Virus record (IMG/VR): IMGVR_UViG_3300010334_000023
Coordinates: 124,001-188,000 of that record
DNA: 64,000 bases
Direction: 5' to 3' (one strand)
Part shown: piece by piece, positions 47,852-56,170 of the stretch
Numbering within the stretch: the stretch's first letter is position 1
Layout: each line of letters begins with the position of its first letter
Program-made: the position numbers and the translations under genes
The notes under the pieces: generated by a model
Seen by the model: the letters and a program-made list of their open reading frames with translations, nothing else
The model's database searches: none
What the model was told of the DNA's origin: nothing

Positions 47852-48267
47852 GCGTGTTTTTTGAAGTTCACGAACTGTTGTGCGCTGCCATCCACCATCT
47901 GTAGCTCAAAGTGTAACATTGGCTCAAACACTATCAGGCTCTTGCCTCGCACCGCCCATGGTCCTCGCAGAGCATCTTCTAAGCCCAGCAGCACTCGTCC
48001 TGTCATGATGTTGTTGTCGTCGCTGTTGGCCACGTAGCTGTTGTATCTCTCTCCAAGCAGCTTGAGACCAGCTGACGTGAGCCGCCATCCTTGATTAACA
48101 AACAGTGCTTTTCGCAGCCTGGCTATAGCATGGTCAGTCAAGGGATCTTCCGGATCGATGAGCCTGGCTTGATAGCAGATATCGATGCCGTGTTTGGTCA
48201 ACCAAACATAGGGACCCTGAGGTCCGAGATCGCGGAGATCACCATGGGGCCAATCTGTCTTTTCCAC
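47848..48267 (-). CDS. Hypothetical protein
   Basis: Intact ORF; TAAATA 4 nt upstream of GTG. Confidence 0.6.
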   Translation of the reverse strand: MEKTDWPHGDLRDLGPQGPYVWLTKHGIDICYQARLIDPEDPLTDHAIARLRKALFVNQGWRLTSAGLKLLGERYNSYVANSDDNNIMTGRVLLGLEDALRGPWAVRGKSLIVFEPMLHFELQMVDGSAQQFVNFKKHA

Positions 48268-48283
48268 CCATTATTTAATGGGA

Positions 48284-48505
48284 TTAGAACCTGCCGCCGT
48301 CCTGTTTTACCTCAGCAGTGAGGATCTGCTGCTGTAGATCGATGATCTTTTGGTTCATCTCGTTCTCACGCGACAGCATCACAGCAATGCTTGCGCTGAG
48401 GAGATCAGCTTCGTGCATGGTCAACCGGATCTCTCTGCTGTTGCTGATCTTGGCTACTCTGTGCTTTTCAAGGAAAGATCTAACTTGGTTCTTTTCGTCC
48501 GTCAT
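48284..48505 (-). CDS. Hypothetical protein
   Basis: ATGA coupling; ends DGGRF. Confidence 0.65.
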   Translation of the reverse strand: MTDEKNQVRSFLEKHRVAKISNSREIRLTMHEADLLSASIAVMLSRENEMNQKIIDLQQQILTAEVKQDGGRF

Positions 48506-48981
48506 GCTTTGCTGATCCTTTTCTTTTGGCTCATGGCATTCTGCATCTCCAGCTTGGTGCGGAACGGGCCTATGAACTCATTCTCTTCCAAGGTCTGTGT
48601 GCGCGGGCAGTAGCTGCCAGTCCAGCCATGTTCAAAATCCAACGCATAGTATCCCGCAGCGAATCTGGCCTTGCCCTTGGCGGTCTTAGCATAGGTAACT
48701 ATAGCACCTTCTTCCACATCAAACACTGCCTTGTGCTTGATTGGATAGCCGTTGATCTGGCCAATCTCATCGTCCTTGTCGTCATCAGTTTCACGTGCTT
48801 CTATCTGCAGGTTACCACCTAGAAAAGCAGTTAGCTCGTCGGCGTCTGCGAACAGCTTGCGATCAAACGGACCAATGACCTTGAAGCCTTCCACAGTTAC
48901 AGTGACCAACCCAGCATTGCTGCCATCCTTTTCAAGGATGTAGCTGGCTTCCGTGATTTCCTTTAGCTTGTAGCTGCTCAT
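48502..48981 (-). CDS. Hypothetical phage protein
   Basis: ATGA coupling to the nuclease gene; FAAGYY...CP...FIGPFRTK. Confidence 0.7.
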   Translation of the reverse strand: MSSYKLKEITEASYILEKDGSNAGLVTVTVEGFKVIGPFDRKLFADADELTAFLGGNLQIEARETDDDKDDEIGQINGYPIKHKAVFDVEEGAIVTYAKTAKGKARFAAGYYALDFEHGWTGSYCPRTQTLEENEFIGPFRTKLEMQNAMSQKKRISKA

Positions 48982-49967
48982 GCTGTTTCCATCCTCAGTT
49001 GCCCATCGTATTGTGCACTGAAACAGGGTGCGAAGTCATTCACGTTCTTTTCGATCCTGACCAAGCCGTTGATGTTGCAGTAGCGCATGAGGGCCAGTCC
49101 GATCTGCTTCTTGACTGATTGGTTGACTTCGTCGATGATCAGCCTGTCAAACTTGTCTATGAGATCCAACGGCTGTTGAGTTAGGTCGATCAACATGCGA
49201 TTTCTCTCGTAGTCGTCCCGCACTCTGTGTTCTACATTCTCGTGATCTAACCACTTGCTAAGCATGAGGTTATTCCACGCATATCCGCGATTATGTCGGT
49301 CTTCGTAGGCAGCTTCTAGCTTGGTCTTGCGCACACCTGGGAACGCACTCATCACGTTGTCGCTGTCATCCCCGCGCATGCACTTTTCAAACAGTATCCA
49401 TTCTGGATTTGGCACAGGCATTGGCTTGCCTTGCTTGTTGATTGCCAGCTTGCCATCTTGATCATAGATGCCTGTGTGAGTGTATAGCAGGCTAGCTATG
49501 CCATTGTATAGTATGACATTTTCTGCGATCAGCTGCTGGAAATCACTGTCGCTGCTGATGATCACGTGCTTGTCATCTGGATGCAGCTGTATCCAGCGTG
49601 CGATCATGTCGTCTGCTTCAGCGTTTGGATGGCGCAGCACCGTGCAGTTGGTCTTGTTCTTGATGAATTCCACGAATCCATCCATGCTTTCGAAAAACAG
49701 CTGGTCTTCTTCGATTTCTCGTTCTGTGCGTTTGGCAGCTGCTACCTTGCGGTTTGCCTTGTATGGCGTATACACATCCTTGCGCCAGCTTCGTCCTTCC
49801 AAGCAGAAAACGGTATGGCTGCCACTGAATTCTGTCCATACCTTCTTGATGCTGTTGAATATTATGTGCTGCGCCATGCCCAACTGAAGTTCAGTGCTAG
49901 GAGCTCTCACACCATGGCGCACTCTCATGAATAGGTTCTGAGTATCAATTATTAGATAAGTTGCCAT
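48978..49967 (-). CDS. rnh: T4 RNase H-like 5'-3' exonuclease / flap endonuclease
   Basis: LIIDTQN, SWRK..Y..YKANR, EADDMIA, ISSDSDF.QL, GDDSDNV; GGAGG RBS. Confidence 0.9.
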   Translation of the reverse strand: MATYLIIDTQNLFMRVRHGVRAPSTELQLGMAQHIIFNSIKKVWTEFSGSHTVFCLEGRSWRKDVYTPYKANRKVAAAKRTEREIEEDQLFFESMDGFVEFIKNKTNCTVLRHPNAEADDMIARWIQLHPDDKHVIISSDSDFQQLIAENVILYNGIASLLYTHTGIYDQDGKLAINKQGKPMPVPNPEWILFEKCMRGDDSDNVMSAFPGVRKTKLEAAYEDRHNRGYAWNNLMLSKWLDHENVEHRVRDDYERNRMLIDLTQQPLDLIDKFDRLIIDEVNQSVKKQIGLALMRYCNINGLVRIEKNVNDFAPCFSAQYDGQLRMETA

Positions 49968-49983
49968 GCTCGCCTCCATCCTG

Positions 49984-50011
49984 AGTATAGCACAGCTGCG
50001 ATCTATGTCAA
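49984..50011 (-). promoter_or_regulatory. Sigma70-type promoter TTGACA-N16-TATACT
   Basis: Near-consensus with TGC before the -10. Confidence 0.7.
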
Positions 50012-50014
50012 CTG

Positions 50015-50596
50015 TTAGTTCTTGCGCCAGTACCAACCATCGTTGGCAACCATGCGCACCTGCTTGCTGGGTATACCCTGGGCTTTGGCCCAGCTGGTAA
50101 CTGCGAAATTAACTGAAAACAGGTTAGCATCATGTCCAGCGACCAATCCGCCTGGGCGCACTTTTGGTACCCAGCTGTCCAAATCGGTTAGAACCTGCTT
50201 CATGCTGTGACCACCATCTATGAACACGAAATCATATGCTTGGTCTTCCAGCAGTGCTGCGGCTTTTTGGCTGTCTTCGCGTATGAAGTTGAACCTGTCG
50301 CCCATCAGAGGTAGGTTGGCCTGCAGTATGGCATAGTTGGCTTCTGCTTCCATCCTGCTCACTGGTTTGTCCCAGTCGTGATAGGGTGCGTAATGATCAA
50401 TGCCTGTCAGCATGGCTATGTTTGGACATTCGTTGAGCATGAACCAGCTGTTGATACCAAGACCCACACCTATCTCGATGCCTATAGCAGGATAGGGCAT
50501 GCTCTTTAGCTCGTCCAGGATGCCTCTGCTGGCCTGCTGCCTATAGATGCGAGGCCAATCCGGGCTGTCAAACAGTGTTGTAAGTGTCTGGTTCAC
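50015..50596 (-). CDS. Class I SAM methyltransferase (Methyltransf_24-like)
   Basis: EIGVGLG, GIDHY, DFVFIDGGH, PGGLVAGHD; CATAAATA 4 nt upstream. Confidence 0.8.
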   Translation of the reverse strand: MNQTLTTLFDSPDWPRIYRQQASRGILDELKSMPYPAIGIEIGVGLGINSWFMLNECPNIAMLTGIDHYAPYHDWDKPVSRMEAEANYAILQANLPLMGDRFNFIREDSQKAAALLEDQAYDFVFIDGGHSMKQVLTDLDSWVPKVRPGGLVAGHDANLFSVNFAVTSWAKAQGIPSKQVRMVANDGWYWRKN

Positions 50597-50611
50597 CCTG
50601 TATTTATGGTA

Positions 50612-51205
50612 TTAGCTATGCTCGGTCTTACCATCCTCTCGCCGAATGCGACGAACATTGCTGACAAACTCTGGATCAGTGGGGGCCATCTCTGCTAGTA
50701 TGCTGTTACAGACATCGTTTAGCCAGCGGTTGATCACGTCCTCGTCGCTGCCCTGATAGTTATTAGCTCGCAGAGACTGCACGAATGCATCGTTGTAATC
50801 TAGCTCAAAGAAGGTCTTGCTGGGATCAACCGGGTCCCAGCTGATCTTGGGCATGGCCATGTAGGGTTCGTTCTTGATGTCTGCGGCCTTGCGTTCGTGT
50901 TCTGGTGCGCTTATGCGATTGTGCTTGAGTTCCACATCCAGCTTGGCCAGTGCCAACGCAGTCTCGTCAGAGTTGTCTAGTTCTGCCAATCTGCTATCGC
51001 GATCATAGGCGCTGATCTTGCCGTAAGCCAGATCGATGTCCAACACGCTCTTGGTAAAGGCCGGGCTATCTAGCCCGTGGCCGATCCGGGCCTTGGCAAT
51101 GTCTAGATCATAGCCTGTGAGATAGTATTCAGCTTCTGCCAGTTCTCGGCTCTTGCCTTTTAGTCCCCAGGCAGCTGGTAACCAACCAAACGGTATCTTG
51201 CTCAT
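50612..51205 (-). CDS. Hypothetical phage protein
   Basis: Start at MSKIPFGWLP; FFELDYND...INRW. Confidence 0.65.
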   Translation of the reverse strand: MSKIPFGWLPAAWGLKGKSRELAEAEYYLTGYDLDIAKARIGHGLDSPAFTKSVLDIDLAYGKISAYDRDSRLAELDNSDETALALAKLDVELKHNRISAPEHERKAADIKNEPYMAMPKISWDPVDPSKTFFELDYNDAFVQSLRANNYQGSDEDVINRWLNDVCNSILAEMAPTDPEFVSNVRRIRREDGKTEHS

Positions 51206-51207
51206 GC

Positions 51208-52119
51208 TTATCTTCCTATCACGTTGCTGAAGATCCAGCAGTGTATGCGAGCTGCTACGTTGTAGCCGCGCTTGAGCGCTTCTTCCGTGACCCACATCTG
51301 CACGTCTTCCTGTTCTTCTCGAGTAGCCCCCACAGGCATGACCCACACTGGCCAGTTCACGTCTGCTGCGCGGAAAGCATCAACTGCTCGCTCTAGTTCA
51401 TCCCAGGTCAGTGGATTCTTGTCAAGCACGAACTTCAGCTGTCCGTGATTGCTGATCAGCCTGTATTCGCGCACGATCTCTGGCTTGATAGCATCTGTCC
51501 AGCTCTCGCCTGAAGTGCCCAGCTTGGGGCTCACGCTCCAGAACAGCTCGCCATTGTACATGCCGCGATTGTTAAAGAACTCATCAAAGTTCTTGCGCAC
51601 AGCCTGCGTGCCGTTGGTCTCTATGGTGATGTGGCGAGGCATGTCCATCTGCATGCGAAGCGTCTGCATGATGTCCACGATGCCTGTCTGGCTCATCATG
51701 GGTTCGCCGCCGGTGAATGCTAGATGCACGTCCTGTCCGCTGCGAGGATGCACAAATGATCCTCCCTGCAGCCTGCTGCGAAAATCTGCGCAGATCTCTT
51801 CTGCTGTGCTCTGATGTGCCAGATGGCCATACTTGGTGCTCCAGCTGTAGCTGCTATCGCAGCCAGTTGTCCACACCGGCAGATCATCCATCTTGGTGAT
51901 GCCGTTGGCCTGAGGGTCGTATTCCTGATAATCTAGCTTGTAGGTGCTGCGATCTCTGGGATTAGCCTGTCCAAATCCGTCACAGTTGAAGTTGCAGCCC
52001 CAGAAGCGTATCCAAACTGTGGGATGACCAGCATACCTGCCTTCGCCCTGTATGGTAGGAGTAGGACCAGCGTTGCCTCCAAAGGTCTCGCTGTAACGGT
52101 ACTTCTTGGCAGTGCTCAT
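51208..52119 (-). CDS. queE: 7-carboxy-7-deazaguanine synthase (radical SAM)
   Basis: TIQGEG..AGHPTVWIRFWGCNFNC...CDS, FTGGEP, IETNGT, SVSPKL, RIH; clustered with queD and folE. Confidence 0.9.
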   Translation of the reverse strand: MSTAKKYRYSETFGGNAGPTPTIQGEGRYAGHPTVWIRFWGCNFNCDGFGQANPRDRSTYKLDYQEYDPQANGITKMDDLPVWTTGCDSSYSWSTKYGHLAHQSTAEEICADFRSRLQGGSFVHPRSGQDVHLAFTGGEPMMSQTGIVDIMQTLRMQMDMPRHITIETNGTQAVRKNFDEFFNNRGMYNGELFWSVSPKLGTSGESWTDAIKPEIVREYRLISNHGQLKFVLDKNPLTWDELERAVDAFRAADVNWPVWVMPVGATREEQEDVQMWVTEEALKRGYNVAARIHCWIFSNVIGR

Positions 52120-52337
52120 GGTTGCTCCTTGCTCAGCTTATAGATCATTATAGCTTGATCCAGCACTTCGCGCAAGGCTGGATTATCTTTGGCTGCGTGC
52201 TTCATGTCATGCCATAGATATAGGTTTTGATAGTAGGGATCTGAAGGATCGCGCTTGACTAGCCAGCGATCCATGTGTCCAAGCTCCCTGGCATACACAG
52301 TCTTACCATCATCTGGGCTTTCAAAGATCAGCGGCAT
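52116..52337 (-). CDS. Hypothetical protein
   Basis: IFESPDDGKTVYARE; coupled to neighbours. Confidence 0.65.
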   Translation of the reverse strand: MPLIFESPDDGKTVYARELGHMDRWLVKRDPSDPYYQNLYLWHDMKHAAKDNPALREVLDQAIMIYKLSKEQP

Positions 52338-52531
52338 CAGGGGCCCGCGGGAGCTTCTGGTTCAACTTTGCGCACTATCACATGGCCAGTGGTCTCGTCT
52401 GTTTCCCAGTTGATGGTATCGCCTTCCTTCCAACCAAGCTCTGCCATGAGGTCTTCTGGAAACTGCAGGAACAGCTCACCGTTTTCGTCCTGCTGCACGT
52501 CAACGACCATGCTGCGTTTGGTATCAGTCAT
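52337..52531 (-). CDS. AbrB/MazE-like swapped-hairpin small DNA-binding protein
   Basis: GELFLQFPEDLMAELGWKEGDTINW pattern; GGAG RBS before ATG 52531. Confidence 0.65.
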   Translation of the reverse strand: MTDTKRSMVVDVQQDENGELFLQFPEDLMAELGWKEGDTINWETDETTGHVIVRKVEPEAPAGP

Positions 52532-52757
52532 TCTTTTCTCCAATGCCCAGTGTTGCAGGCGAATGATCCAGGTATGGTTCGCCATTCTTGCTAGTGTAGA
52601 AATACGCATCCTCATCGTTGATGGTAACCATGAGATCGCTGTGATAGATGTCGTAGTCTGTGAACATGCCGTCTGGCTCATAGACTCTGAACACCATTGA
52701 TCCACCTATGGGCAGCAGCACACCTGACATACCGTTGGCATTCTGTGGTTTGGTCAT
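52524..52757 (-). CDS. Hypothetical protein
   Basis: TGATG coupling; FRVY...FTDYDI.H.DL. Confidence 0.6.
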   Translation of the reverse strand: MTKPQNANGMSGVLLPIGGSMVFRVYEPDGMFTDYDIYHSDLMVTINDEDAYFYTSKNGEPYLDHSPATLGIGEKND

Positions 52758-53347
52758 CAGTCATCCTTGCTCAGCGCACGCCATACCTTGGCCTGTTCGC
52801 GCATGCTTTCGTACTCTTGTTCCATGTGTTGGAGCTTGTGCAGCGTGACATCCATGATGGTCTGGATAGCAGCATCCACAGCATCGTCGTAGTCATCACC
52901 CAGCTTGCGCATTGGTTCGTAATCACGTTCCAAGTTGCGATCCCGCTTCATGATGCCCATGAGACGTTCCAAGCGTTCCAAGCGTGCGAACAGTCCGTCG
53001 TCGCTATTCGTGGCACCACCTTGGAAGATGTCACCGTTGGCACTGATGCTTATGGTCTCGCGACCACCAATGGTGGTCCAAGTGTTAGTGCCTCCCGTGT
53101 TAGTCGTTAGCACTTGGTTAGGGTAGCCTGTTCCAACGCCACCGCCTCCACCTGTCACGGTTATGTAGGGTGTTGTCGCACTGGTATAACCGGTACCTGC
53201 GGACGCCATGGTTATGGAACTGATACCACCATGCGCACCGAGGTGTGCGATAGTAGATTTTGTACCAGTGCCGGTGTAGGTAATAGATGTAAATCCACCA
53301 TTGTTAACCACGGTACCGTTAGCGAGAGTGGCAGTTGTTGTGGTCAT
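52757..53347 (-). CDS. Hypothetical protein with T/G-rich N-terminus and coiled-coil C-terminus
   Basis: ORF track and composition. Confidence 0.6.
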   Translation of the reverse strand: MTTTTATLANGTVVNNGGFTSITYTGTGTKSTIAHLGAHGGISSITMASAGTGYTSATTPYITVTGGGGGVGTGYPNQVLTTNTGGTNTWTTIGGRETISISANGDIFQGGATNSDDGLFARLERLERLMGIMKRDRNLERDYEPMRKLGDDYDDAVDAAIQTIMDVTLHKLQHMEQEYESMREQAKVWRALSKDD

Positions 53348-53349
53348 GA

Positions 53350-53643
53350 TCAGCGCCTCAGACTATGCTGCATGATGATGCTGGTCAGCTCTGGACCGAG
53401 CTCGGTATCATCATGTACTATATATAGATCGCGTTCATGTTCACCCCTGCGTTCGTCCCAGTGGCTGATCTCTATGACCCTACCGCCGTGCGCAGCATGT
53501 ATGCGTATGGTAGCTGCTCCTCGCGTGTCCAGTTCATGAGGGGATCGCATTGGCTTAGCAGTTGTAGATATGACATTGTATTCATGGACCGACTCCCAGG
53601 CTTTCTTGGCTTGCCGTTGGAACCATCTGTCAAACCATTTCAT
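53350..53643 (-). CDS. Hypothetical protein
   Basis: ORF track; AGGTG upstream. Confidence 0.6.
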   Translation of the reverse strand: MKWFDRWFQRQAKKAWESVHEYNVISTTAKPMRSPHELDTRGAATIRIHAAHGGRVIEISHWDERRGEHERDLYIVHDDTELGPELTSIIMQHSLRR

Positions 53644-53744
53644 TTGGTCACCTTTTTTTTGATATCGTGTATCCGGGGTGGATCATTGCTGCTGCGTCGC
53701 ATGATCAAACATAGCTATCATGTTTTGAAAATCTGTTTCAGTGT

Positions 53745-54239
53745 TCATATCAGTTCCTCGTTCCACTCCCTGTGTCCTTCTCTAAAGGCCATGTTAGCTT
53801 GCGTTTCGCGCACTTCTACGCGATAGCACCATAGGCGTTCTGACTCGCCTTGGCCCCAGAGATCTGGGATGTATACACTGTTAATATAATTGTATAACAT
53901 GTCAGCTAGGCCTTCGCAACCAAGCCGGGGTAGGATAGTGAGCTTGGCTAGACGCTTGCTTTGTAGCAACTTAAACGTTTCCAGTTCCGGATCATCTTCT
54001 GCTACCAGCAGCGTGTGATCAAACTGGTCTTCCAGGGTCTTCTTGAGTTCCTTGAGACCGCCATAGTCAGCTGCCCAGTTGCGCACATCCAGATCGTTGG
54101 TGCCAAAGTAGAACTTCATGCTGAACGCATAGCCGTGGATCATGTTGCAGTGGCTGTCAGCACGCCACTGGCGATATGCGCAGGGAAATGCATCCACGTA
54201 TTCCTTGGTGCTGGTGTACTTGTAGGTGATTGGTGTCAT
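53745..54239 (-). CDS. queD: 6-carboxy-5,6,7,8-tetrahydropterin synthase
   Basis: SHCNMIHGY (CxxxHG), DYGGLK, FDHTLL, VEVRET; AGGAG RBS. Confidence 0.9.
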   Translation of the reverse strand: MTPITYKYTSTKEYVDAFPCAYRQWRADSHCNMIHGYAFSMKFYFGTNDLDVRNWAADYGGLKELKKTLEDQFDHTLLVAEDDPELETFKLLQSKRLAKLTILPRLGCEGLADMLYNYINSVYIPDLWGQGESERLWCYRVEVRETQANMAFREGHREWNEELI

Positions 54240-54246
54240 GTTTGTG

Positions 54247-54310
54247 CTCCTATGTTGTTATACCATAGGCTGCAGAATTTGTATAGCGGGAATGAAGCCA
54301 AGCGCCGCTT
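54247..54310 (-). promoter_or_regulatory. Structured queD leader: candidate pseudoknot/riboswitch with RBS-sequestering hairpin, overlapping a possible internal promoter
   Basis: AGCGG/CCGCU stem, A-rich linker, loop GGCU complementary to downstream AGCC, CCUAUG/CAUAGG hairpin covering AGGAG. Confidence 0.45.
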
Positions 54311-54317
54311 GTCATAC

Positions 54318-55004
54318 TTATCTTGGTGCGAAATCTTGCTGAAGCTTGACATTGTCGAAGAACTCTTTTTTAGTGCTCTGATCGTTAAAGAACGCGCCTC
54401 GCAACACCGTGGTCTGTGTTAAGCTGCTGTGTGCCATGATGCCGCGATTCTCGCAGCAGCCATGAGAAGCTTGTATGTACACAGCCACGTTCTCGCTGTC
54501 TGTGGCTCTTTGTATCTCTCTGGCTATGTCGTTGCAGAGCTCTTCCTGCAGAGTCCCACGCCTAGCGCACCACTGAGCAATGCGAGTATACTTAGACAGT
54601 CCGATAAGCTTACCAGCGGCAATGATCCCAATATAAGCAACACCGTGAACGGGTTGGTGATGATGGCTACAAACACTACGCAGCTCGCTGCGAACCACAA
54701 GCATACCTTGGTAACGATCTTCGCTGTCATTGGGAAAAGCTGTAGCAGCTGGGATTGGGTCATATCTACCTCGCATCAGTTCCTTGACATACATCTTGGC
54801 CAGGCGTCGGCCCGTGTCATGGCTGTTTGGATCATTCTCGCGATCGATGATCAAGCTGTCTAACACCGCGTCGAACCGTGCATTGAGCTCGTCGATTAGC
54901 TGATCTTGTTCTCCTGGTTCTATGTATGCGCTGATGTTGTCGTTGGCATTGAATCTAGCACCGGCGGCTTTGATACGCTGGCGAATGGTTTCACTTACTG
55001 TCAA
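54318..55004 (-). CDS. folE: GTP cyclohydrolase I
   Basis: DTGRRLAKMY, SVCSHHHQP, IGLSKYTR, LQEEL, HGCCENRG; TTG start with GGGAG RBS. Confidence 0.95.
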   Translation of the reverse strand: MTVSETIRQRIKAAGARFNANDNISAYIEPGEQDQLIDELNARFDAVLDSLIIDRENDPNSHDTGRRLAKMYVKELMRGRYDPIPAATAFPNDSEDRYQGMLVVRSELRSVCSHHHQPVHGVAYIGIIAAGKLIGLSKYTRIAQWCARRGTLQEELCNDIAREIQRATDSENVAVYIQASHGCCENRGIMAHSSLTQTTVLRGAFFNDQSTKKEFFDNVKLQQDFAPR

Positions 55005-55044
55005 CTGTTGTCTCCCGATGTTGTCGCAGTGGGTTGCGTGCGTT

Positions 55045-55073
55045 ATTGTAGTCTATTTAGGCGGTGTGCGCAA
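55045..55073 (-). promoter_or_regulatory. Composite folE promoter: TTGCGC-N17-TACAAT with late motif CTAAATA (55054-55060) inside the spacer
   Basis: Direct sequence. Confidence 0.5.
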
Positions 55074-55646
55074 CTAGAGTTCTGCGCTAGCCGTCCATGA
55101 TCCGGTAGTCATGTCATCGGCTGTGACCCCTGGATGATTGTACATAGGCGGAACCGCTCCGTAGCCTTGCTGATAACCACCGTTGGGACCCATGCTAGTC
55201 GATCCTTGGGCTCCTGTAGCGACAGCAGCACCATGCGGAATTTGAATGGCTGGATTGAGCTGCAGAGTGGAAGTGATCTGATTGATATTTGGCAAGGTAA
55301 TAGTGCCGATGCGCTTTGTGATGTCATCTTGGCTCATGCCAAATCTATCATTTATCCTTTCATTGTCACGCTGCTCCCAGATGCTGGACTGGTGATCATC
55401 TTCGTTCATCACCAGTCCAGCCATGACTGGATCACAGCCTTCGTCTATCATCTTGGTGATGACCTGTCGCATGTTGCTTAACTCGCGGGTTATGCGTGTG
55501 CGTTCGTTTGACAGGTCCAACCTTGACTGTTCGTACTTTTCGCGCAGGTCCTGGCTGTCCTGCTCGTTTTGTTTGAGCTTGTTTAGTGTCTTGCGATAGC
55601 GATAGAAATAGCTATCCATGGCTTCTAGGCGCTGAGTGTCGTTCAT
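55074..55646 (-). CDS. Hypothetical protein with coiled-coil N-terminus and low-complexity C-terminus
   Basis: ATGA coupling to the upstream gene. Confidence 0.6.
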   Translation of the reverse strand: MNDTQRLEAMDSYFYRYRKTLNKLKQNEQDSQDLREKYEQSRLDLSNERTRITRELSNMRQVITKMIDEGCDPVMAGLVMNEDDHQSSIWEQRDNERINDRFGMSQDDITKRIGTITLPNINQITSTLQLNPAIQIPHGAAVATGAQGSTSMGPNGGYQQGYGAVPPMYNHPGVTADDMTTGSWTASAEL

Positions 55647-56170
55647 GCTACGGTATCCTGACCATATGCCGTCCACGGTGTGAAAGTCTTTCGATCCATG
55701 AGATCATGCAGGCTATGCACCCAGACTCCTGGATTGGATGCTTTGAAGCCCGTGTCATCGATCTTCACGCAGGTGTTGTAGTTGGCCAAGCCTGCGTATG
55801 GTAATTTCACAGAGATCTGCGGTATGAACTGGCTGTGGCTGATAGCACTCATCTCAGCAACACCCAGCCAATGTTCGAGATCAAAGTCCAATGTGACCCA
55901 GTAACCTCGATCCAGCAGTGCTACACAGAGGTCATCCCAGCTCTTCCAGGCATCGTAATCTTCGTAACCACTCACTTTGAAGCTTTGGTTAGCACCCAGA
56001 TAGATGTGCTTGCAGACCCTGTATCGAGCCGTGTCAGCAACGTCGTCCACATCCTGCCGACCAACCACGAACAGCGTGTGTGCGCCCTTCATCGGAGTGT
56101 TTTCTACTTCGTAGCCCGTGAAGTACTTCACGTCTGTCTTTACGCCATCAATGTAATCTCGTTCCATCAC
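55643..56170 (-). CDS. Hypothetical enzyme-like protein in the deazaguanine cluster
   Basis: Coupled to the dpdA-like stop; FTGYEVE..TLFVV, HIYLGANQSF, WVTLD, KIDD..F.ASNPGVW. Confidence 0.7.
   Translation of the reverse strand: MMERDYIDGVKTDVKYFTGYEVENTPMKGAHTLFVVGRQDVDDVADTARYRVCKHIYLGANQSFKVSGYEDYDAWKSWDDLCVALLDRGYWVTLDFDLEHWLGVAEMSAISHSQFIPQISVKLPYAGLANYNTCVKIDDTGFKASNPGVWVHSLHDLMDRKTFTPWTAYGQDTVA

Noticed and set aside
53644-53748. 21-codon ORF coupled to the queD stop, followed by an A8 tract; possible gene remnant or slippage site
   Set aside because: Too short, with no recognisable product to support a call
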